The notes beneath the pieces were generated by a model. The model made no database searches. It was not told where the DNA came from and was given only the letters and a program-made list of their open reading frames with translations. Source: an uncultured virus (IMG/VR IMGVR_UViG_2911013136_000002) (taxonomy: Duplodnaviria; Heunggongvirae; Uroviricota; Caudoviricetes). Taken from it: 22,103 bases of DNA. Below, in pieces: positions 17,790 through 22,103 of the stretch (position 1 is its first letter; each line of letters begins with the position of its first letter). The DNA is taken from the IMG/VR virus record IMGVR_UViG_2911013136_000002. One strand, given 5' to 3'. Position numbers and translations under genes: made by a program.

Positions 17790-18002
17790 ATGGATTTAGA
17801 AGCGTTGCGTGAGTGGCTGATTCAAAACGGAGTGAGTGCGGAGGAGTTGGATAAAGTAGAAACTCCACCAGCACTTGAGGATATTGCTAGTACTTTAGTG
17901 GTCGCGCTTCAAAACGACGATCAACTCGGCGAATTGATCGTTATGTTACTGTCAGAAATTGAATCATTAAAACAAAGAGTGGAGGTGCTAGAAAATGCTT
18001 AA
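17790..18002 (+). CDS. Small acidic coiled-coil protein, fibre-associated (possible chaperone)
   Basis: RBS GAGGAGGTGA; follows the fibre gene; overlaps the next start. Confidence 0.8.
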   Translation: MDLEALREWLIQNGVSAEELDKVETPPALEDIASTLVVALQNDDQLGELIVMLLSEIESLKQRVEVLENA

Positions 18003-18099
18003 TTTATATCGCTATCTTATTGAAAAAGGAATGAAGCGGCTTTCTGATGTACCGGAGCCGTATCAAAGTATGTTGAGAGTAGAAGGGTACACGGACTAA
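17995..18099 (+). CDS. 34-aa CD1375/XkdX-like small tail-module protein (not in ORF track): MLNLYRYLIEKGMKRLSDVPEPYQSMLRVEGYTD
   Basis: RBS GGAGGTG at 17981-17987; Y..LI..G.....DVP..Y pattern; usual position after fibre genes. Confidence 0.75.
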   Translation: MLNLYRYLIEKGMKRLSDVPEPYQSMLRVEGYTD

Positions 18100-18127
18100 T
18101 AAAATGACGCTTTTATATAAATAATCC

Positions 18128-18160
18128 AAAAGGAGCTTGTAATAGCTCCTTTTTATTTTT
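18128..18160. terminator. Intrinsic (potentially bidirectional) terminator
   Basis: AAAAGGAGCT-TGTAAT-AGCTCCTTTT followed by TATTTTT. Confidence 0.85.
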
Positions 18161-18168
18161 TCATAGTA

Positions 18169-18211
18169 TAAAAGTAACAAAAAACCACCGATATATAGTA
18201 TATATATACTA
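18169..18211 (+). promoter_or_regulatory. Sigma-D-like promoter followed by a perfect 16-bp palindrome
   Basis: TAAA(18169-18172)-15 nt-CCGATAT(18188-18194) versus consensus TAAA-N16-CCGATAT; TAGTATATATATACTA at 18196-18211. Confidence 0.5.
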
Positions 18212-18236
18212 AATATTACCGGGGTTGGTGGGAAAA

Positions 18237-18449
18237 ATGAAGAAGAACGAACGGGATGTTATCAAAGAAAATTTAGGTATTAAGGAGCATGACAATCCAA
18301 AAAAGGTTTGTAAAAAATGTCTTTACCACGATCATCAAAAAATATGTCAAATTCACCTATTGAAAACGAGAGTCGATGAAGTTTGCGACAGATTCACATC
18401 ATCACGGAAACCAATGATTTTTCGTGGCGGTAGTGTTTCGCCAAGATAA
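18237..18449 (+). CDS. Moron: small basic Cys/His protein (CxxC-x8-CxxH-x9-C, putative Zn-binding)
   Basis: AT-rich, flanked by terminators; start at ATG 18237 or TTG 18225. Confidence 0.7.
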   Translation: MKKNERDVIKENLGIKEHDNPKKVCKKCLYHDHQKICQIHLLKTRVDEVCDRFTSSRKPMIFRGGSVSPR

Positions 18450-18457
18450 TCTCATCC

Positions 18458-18485
18458 AAAGCCCTAAATAGGGCTTTTTTATTTT
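18458..18485 (+). terminator. Intrinsic terminator
   Basis: AAAGCCCTA-AA-TAGGGCTTT followed by TTTATTTT. Confidence 0.85.
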
Positions 18486-18507
18486 GCTCTAAAAAGGAGG
18501 TGAACAC

Positions 18508-20460
18508 ATGCTCGTTGTTACGAGTTTACAAGGGCAGACCGAGTTATTACCCGACGCAAAAGGCGTAGAGGTTGCGGAACAGGTAAACGGCGAATATTCT
18601 ATAAAGTTTGTTTGTTCCAATACGGAAAACAACCGATACGCCTATCCGCTTGTGCAAGAAGAATCAATTGTCGAGCTTGACGGTCACGAATTCCGTATCA
18701 AGCAGATGAATGAGGTGCGCACAAGCAAAGAAGTCCATGCACAGCACATTTTCTTTGACTTGGTTGACCACTATCAAGAAGGAACATACGGCGGTACACA
18801 CACGTTGGATGAATTTGCACAGTATTCCCTTGCTGGAACAGGATGGACGTTTGAAAACGTCAACGTGACAGGCAGCGCGTTTATACCGGATTTTGGTGAA
18901 GGGAACGTCGTTGCACTCGTTAGGCAGATTTGCGATGCATTCGGGTGTGAAGTGCAAATCATGCCCGGCAGGCATTTGCGCTTTGCTAAACAAATAGGGG
19001 AGGATAAAGACGAGCAGTTTCGGTATAAGCACAATATCAAGACACTCCAAAAATCGGTAGATACAACTAAACTTGCGACTGCGATCAAAGGATATGGCGC
19101 AAATGGGCTTGTCGTCGAGTACCATTCGCCAAACGAAGCGATATACGGAACAAGATGGGCGGAGCCAATCAAAGACGAGCGATACACGATTGCGGAATCA
19201 CTGTTAGAGCGACTGAAACAGGAACTCGCTGACGTGCCGGAAGTGACCATTGAATTAGAGTTATCACAATTAGGTTTCGATGTTGGTCTTGGCGATCGGG
19301 TATGGGTGATTTATGAACCATTAGGCATTGATTTTCAAACGCGCGTGATGGAAATCAAGCGCTATCCGTTTAACAAGCGCAGTCCGGTTGTTACCTTATC
19401 TAACAAAAAACGTGTATTTACCGATATTTTGACGGAAACGAAAGTAGACATCGAGGAAAACAAAAAAGAAACACGCTCCAAAATCGAACAAACAAACGAA
19501 CGCATTGCGATGGAAGTCGAGCGAATCGACGAAAGTATCGCGACGCTACAAATTGAAGCGGATAACATTGTGCTTTCCGTGCAACAACTCAACAATCGAT
19601 TAGATGAAGAGATACAAGCTGCATACTCTCAAATCGACATCAAAGCGAATGGCGTTTTAATTGAGTCTAAAGCATATACGGACGACGTAATAGACGATGC
19701 ATACAACTATTTTGACGGAAGAATCGAATCGGTTGAATCTTCCATTGAGGTTATAGCAGGAACAGTGGCATTGAAAGCGTCCGTCCAATACGTTGACCAA
19801 CAAATAGGAAATGTGTACTCCGAGGTTAATGGATTAGACTCAAGAATCCAAAGCGCTGAATCTCAATTGACCGTCCAAGCGAACCAAATAGCAACAAAAG
19901 TCAGCTATTCGGATTACAACGGAAACGAAATCGCGTCACGAATCAATCAGACAGCAACAATGGTAACGATTGAAGCAAGTAAGATCAATCTCGACGGTAT
20001 CACGAGAGTCAATAGCACGTTACGAATCGGCGACCCATTGTTTGATTCAGGAGGAAAAACGATATTATTCAGAAGTGATGCATCTATCGAATCACCTGCA
20101 AATACTTCATCACTAAACATAGAAGCGAATGACTATTTGTATCTTTACGGAAGCCGAATTTATTTCAGAAGTTATTATGGTGGCGGAGCGATTGTAGATC
20201 TTTCTAGTGCAAGTAATGTCATATATGGCTCAAACGTTCCGTACAGCGTTCAATACGCAAACAGCGCAGGAAACGCAGATACACTAGACGGATACCACGC
20301 GAGTGCGTTCTCTTTTTCGGGGCATGTTCATTCCGACTATGAATATGTAAAACCTAGCAGCGGACAAGCAATCCAACTCGGAATATATACAACGGGCAGA
20401 AGATTAAACCTGTACCTTAATGGGGTACAGGTAGGATATATTCCATATACAGCAGTATAA
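18508..20460 (+). CDS. Tal / baseplate hub (prophage endopeptidase-tail family) with coiled-coil and fibre-like C-terminal extension
   Basis: VNGEYSI.F, L.GTGWTF, T.IKGYG, DERY....SL, GD.V.VI.EPLG....RV motifs; SRINQTA..V.I.ASKI.LDG; NADTLDG.HAS.F...GH.H. Confidence 0.85.
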   Translation: MLVVTSLQGQTELLPDAKGVEVAEQVNGEYSIKFVCSNTENNRYAYPLVQEESIVELDGHEFRIKQMNEVRTSKEVHAQHIFFDLVDHYQEGTYGGTHTLDEFAQYSLAGTGWTFENVNVTGSAFIPDFGEGNVVALVRQICDAFGCEVQIMPGRHLRFAKQIGEDKDEQFRYKHNIKTLQKSVDTTKLATAIKGYGANGLVVEYHSPNEAIYGTRWAEPIKDERYTIAESLLERLKQELADVPEVTIELELSQLGFDVGLGDRVWVIYEPLGIDFQTRVMEIKRYPFNKRSPVVTLSNKKRVFTDILTETKVDIEENKKETRSKIEQTNERIAMEVERIDESIATLQIEADNIVLSVQQLNNRLDEEIQAAYSQIDIKANGVLIESKAYTDDVIDDAYNYFDGRIESVESSIEVIAGTVALKASVQYVDQQIGNVYSEVNGLDSRIQSAESQLTVQANQIATKVSYSDYNGNEIASRINQTATMVTIEASKINLDGITRVNSTLRIGDPLFDSGGKTILFRSDASIESPANTSSLNIEANDYLYLYGSRIYFRSYYGGGAIVDLSSASNVIYGSNVPYSVQYANSAGNADTLDGYHASAFSFSGHVHSDYEYVKPSSGQAIQLGIYTTGRRLNLYLNGVQVGYIPYTAV

Positions 20461-20476
20461 AAAGGAGGATGGTATT

Positions 20477-20653
20477 ATGGCAGTTCAAATCATTTTACAC
20501 GACAACACAACGATTACAGCGGAGATGACAGACTACAACGCAACAGATTTAGCAGCGAAGCTCAATGACCCGAAAATTTTAATGGTGGCAATCGGCAATA
20601 TTGTCGTCAATAAGCAAAGCGTGAAATTGATTGCTCCGGTTCAACAGCAATAG
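20477..20653 (+). CDS. 58-aa hypothetical protein (not in ORF track): MAVQIILHDNTTITAEMTDYNATDLAAKLNDPKILMVAIGNIVVNKQSVKLIAPVQQQ
   Basis: RBS AAAGGAGG; ATG 20477 to TAG 20651-20653; fills the Tal-holin gap. Confidence 0.8.
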   Translation: MAVQIILHDNTTITAEMTDYNATDLAAKLNDPKILMVAIGNIVVNKQSVKLIAPVQQQ

Positions 20654-20673
20654 TTTAGAAAGGCGGCGAAAAA

Positions 20674-21087
20674 ATGGAACGATTAGAAGTTGCTTTTAAA
20701 ACCAGCGCGGCTATTCTTGGCGGTTTTGCTGGTTTAATTTTTGGTGAGTCGATTGGATTGATTATCGTTTTGTTTTGGAGTAGTGTTATTGATTATGGGA
20801 GCGGAACAGTCGCCGCGTTTATGGAAAAAACATTGTCAAGCAAAATCGGATTTAAAGGGATTGCTAAAAAAGTCATGATATTTGTGATGGTTGCTCTTGC
20901 TCATCAAGTCGATACTGCGCTTGGAACAAAAAATATGTTTCGAGATGCCACTGTCGTTTTTTATATCGCAAACGAATTGTTAAGTATTTTTGAAAATGCT
21001 AAAAGAATGGGTATTGATGTACCGGAACGTCTGTTGCAAGCAGTTGAAGTGTTGAAAGGAAAAAGTAAGGAGGGTGATAAAAAATGA
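20674..21087 (+). CDS. Holin (phage holin 4 / toxin secretion-lysis family)
   Basis: Hydrophobic segments; DY..G, LSSKIGFKGIAKK, FYIANE.LSI.EN..RMG..VP motifs; ATGA overlap with the lysin. Confidence 0.92.
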   Translation: MERLEVAFKTSAAILGGFAGLIFGESIGLIIVLFWSSVIDYGSGTVAAFMEKTLSSKIGFKGIAKKVMIFVMVALAHQVDTALGTKNMFRDATVVFYIANELLSIFENAKRMGIDVPERLLQAVEVLKGKSKEGDKK

Positions 21088-21815
21088 AATTTGTCATTGA
21101 CTGGGGACATGGTGGAAGTGATCCAGGAGCGGTCGGCAATGGCTTGCGAGAAAAAGACTTAACGATGAAAATAGGTAAAATGATAGGTGATATGTTAGGT
21201 GAATATGAAGGGGTACAAGTCATCTACACCCGCACCTCTGACTGTTACTTATCGTTAGAAGAGCGGGCAGAAATCGCAAACAAGGCCTGTGCTGATTTCT
21301 TCCTTTCCGTTCATATCAACGCCGGTGGCGGCACAGGTTTCGAGTCATACATTTACAACGGCAACGTCAGTGCGAAAACAATCGCATGTCAAAACGTGAT
21401 TCATGGCGAAATTATGCGAGCAATCGGCAACGTTAAAGACCGAGGCAAGAAACGTGCCAACTATGCCGTGCTTCGTTTAACGAATATGCCTGCCATCTTG
21501 ACCGAGAACCTATTCATTGACAACGCCAACGACGCGGCAAAGCTCAAATCGGATCAATTCTTACAACAAATCGCTTACGGTCACGTTATCGGTCTTGAGA
21601 AGGCGTTCGGACTTAAGAAAAAAGGAGGGCAAATCACAGTGCAAAAAGATACCGTGAAGGACGACATCACTGGCCATTGGGCAGAGGAAAGCATTCGAAA
21701 AGCAATAAAAACAGGAATCATCAAAGGCCATAGTGATGGTCGATTTGGCCCGGATGAACCGGTTACAAGAGCACAATTGGCCGTAATTTTAGATAGACTT
21801 GGATTATTGAAATAA
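21084..21815 (+). CDS. Endolysin: N-acetylmuramoyl-L-alanine amidase (Amidase_3) with C-terminal SLH domain
   Basis: D.GHGG.DPGA, EK, SVHIN, LTENLFIDN catalytic motifs; DI.GHWA...I......GII.G..DG.F.PD..VTRAQ.A SLH. Confidence 0.95.
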   Translation: MKFVIDWGHGGSDPGAVGNGLREKDLTMKIGKMIGDMLGEYEGVQVIYTRTSDCYLSLEERAEIANKACADFFLSVHINAGGGTGFESYIYNGNVSAKTIACQNVIHGEIMRAIGNVKDRGKKRANYAVLRLTNMPAILTENLFIDNANDAAKLKSDQFLQQIAYGHVIGLEKAFGLKKKGGQITVQKDTVKDDITGHWAEESIRKAIKTGIIKGHSDGRFGPDEPVTRAQLAVILDRLGLLK

Positions 21816-21821
21816 TTGCTT

Positions 21822-21855
21822 CCTTGCCAACCCGGCAGGGCTTTTTTTATTTTTT
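21822..21855 (+). terminator. Intrinsic terminator after lysin
   Basis: CCTTGCC-AACCC-GGCAGGG followed by a long T-tract. Confidence 0.8.
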
Positions 21856-21884
21856 GTGGAATGGAGTATTGAGGAGGTGATGCC

Positions 21885-22103
21885 ATGTTTGAAATCGTCG
21901 GCCGACTGCGTTGTCCCGTTTGTTCAGAGATTGTCCATCCAGACGATAAGATTTTCCTCGACATCATCAACACTGTCATGCATCAGAAATGTTACTATAA
22001 ATCTCCGCAGCGTCGACTTCCAATCAAGGATGAAGGTCTATTCCAGAAAATGCTCCTGAAATATCCGTTTTTCCACGAGGACGCTGAAGATGATTCCAAG
22101 TAA
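21885..22103 (+). CDS. Small putative Zn-finger protein (CxxC...HxxC)
   Basis: RBS GAGGAGGTGA; CPVC and HQKC motifs. Confidence 0.8.
   Translation: MFEIVGRLRCPVCSEIVHPDDKIFLDIINTVMHQKCYYKSPQRRLPIKDEGLFQKMLLKYPFFHEDAEDDSK

Noticed and set aside
14775..20460. Possible diversity-generating retroelement or invertible (shufflon) region targeting fibre genes
   Set aside because: There is no reverse transcriptase or recombinase in the window, no adenine-variant repeat pair seen by eye, and no inverted fibre cassettes. An element acting from outside the window cannot be excluded.
305..21979. Numerous minus-strand ORFs (e.g. 6025-6468, 10686-11048, 13215-13778, 18774-19250, 21581-21979)
   Set aside because: They are antisense shadows of well-supported + strand genes, with no motifs or RBS noticed.
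21856..22059. 67-aa + strand ORF overlapping the last gene
   Set aside because: Its start lies at the end of the terminator T-tract with no RBS. The 21885 frame has a strong RBS and a Zn motif.

Overview
This window is the late (morphogenesis and lysis) half of a temperate, cos-type siphophage or prophage of a Bacillaceae host. The SLH-domain endolysin and gene style suggest a Geobacillus/Parageobacillus/Anoxybacillus-like host, which is inference. All credible genes are on the + strand. The order is: small accessory genes (one with an in-frame stop), HNH nuclease, candidate cos, TerS, TerL, portal, ClpP-type protease, HK97-fold capsid, neck genes, major tail protein, tail chaperone with a -1 frameshift, 1332-aa tape measure, Dit, 991-aa modular fibre, two small tail genes, a terminator-insulated moron, Tal, a small gene, holin, amidase-SLH endolysin and a Zn-finger gene. 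Three things stand out. (i) The accessory genes look like self-contained cassettes with repeated boundary sequences and matches to host alternative-sigma promoters (sigma-D-like CCGATAT; sigma-H-like with a Spo0A box). (ii) Tal is displaced behind the fibre gene and two terminators. (iii) There are tandem slippery heptamers in the chaperone gene and nested inverted repeats around the candidate cos. Functions come from motif recognition and synteny only; no searches were run.
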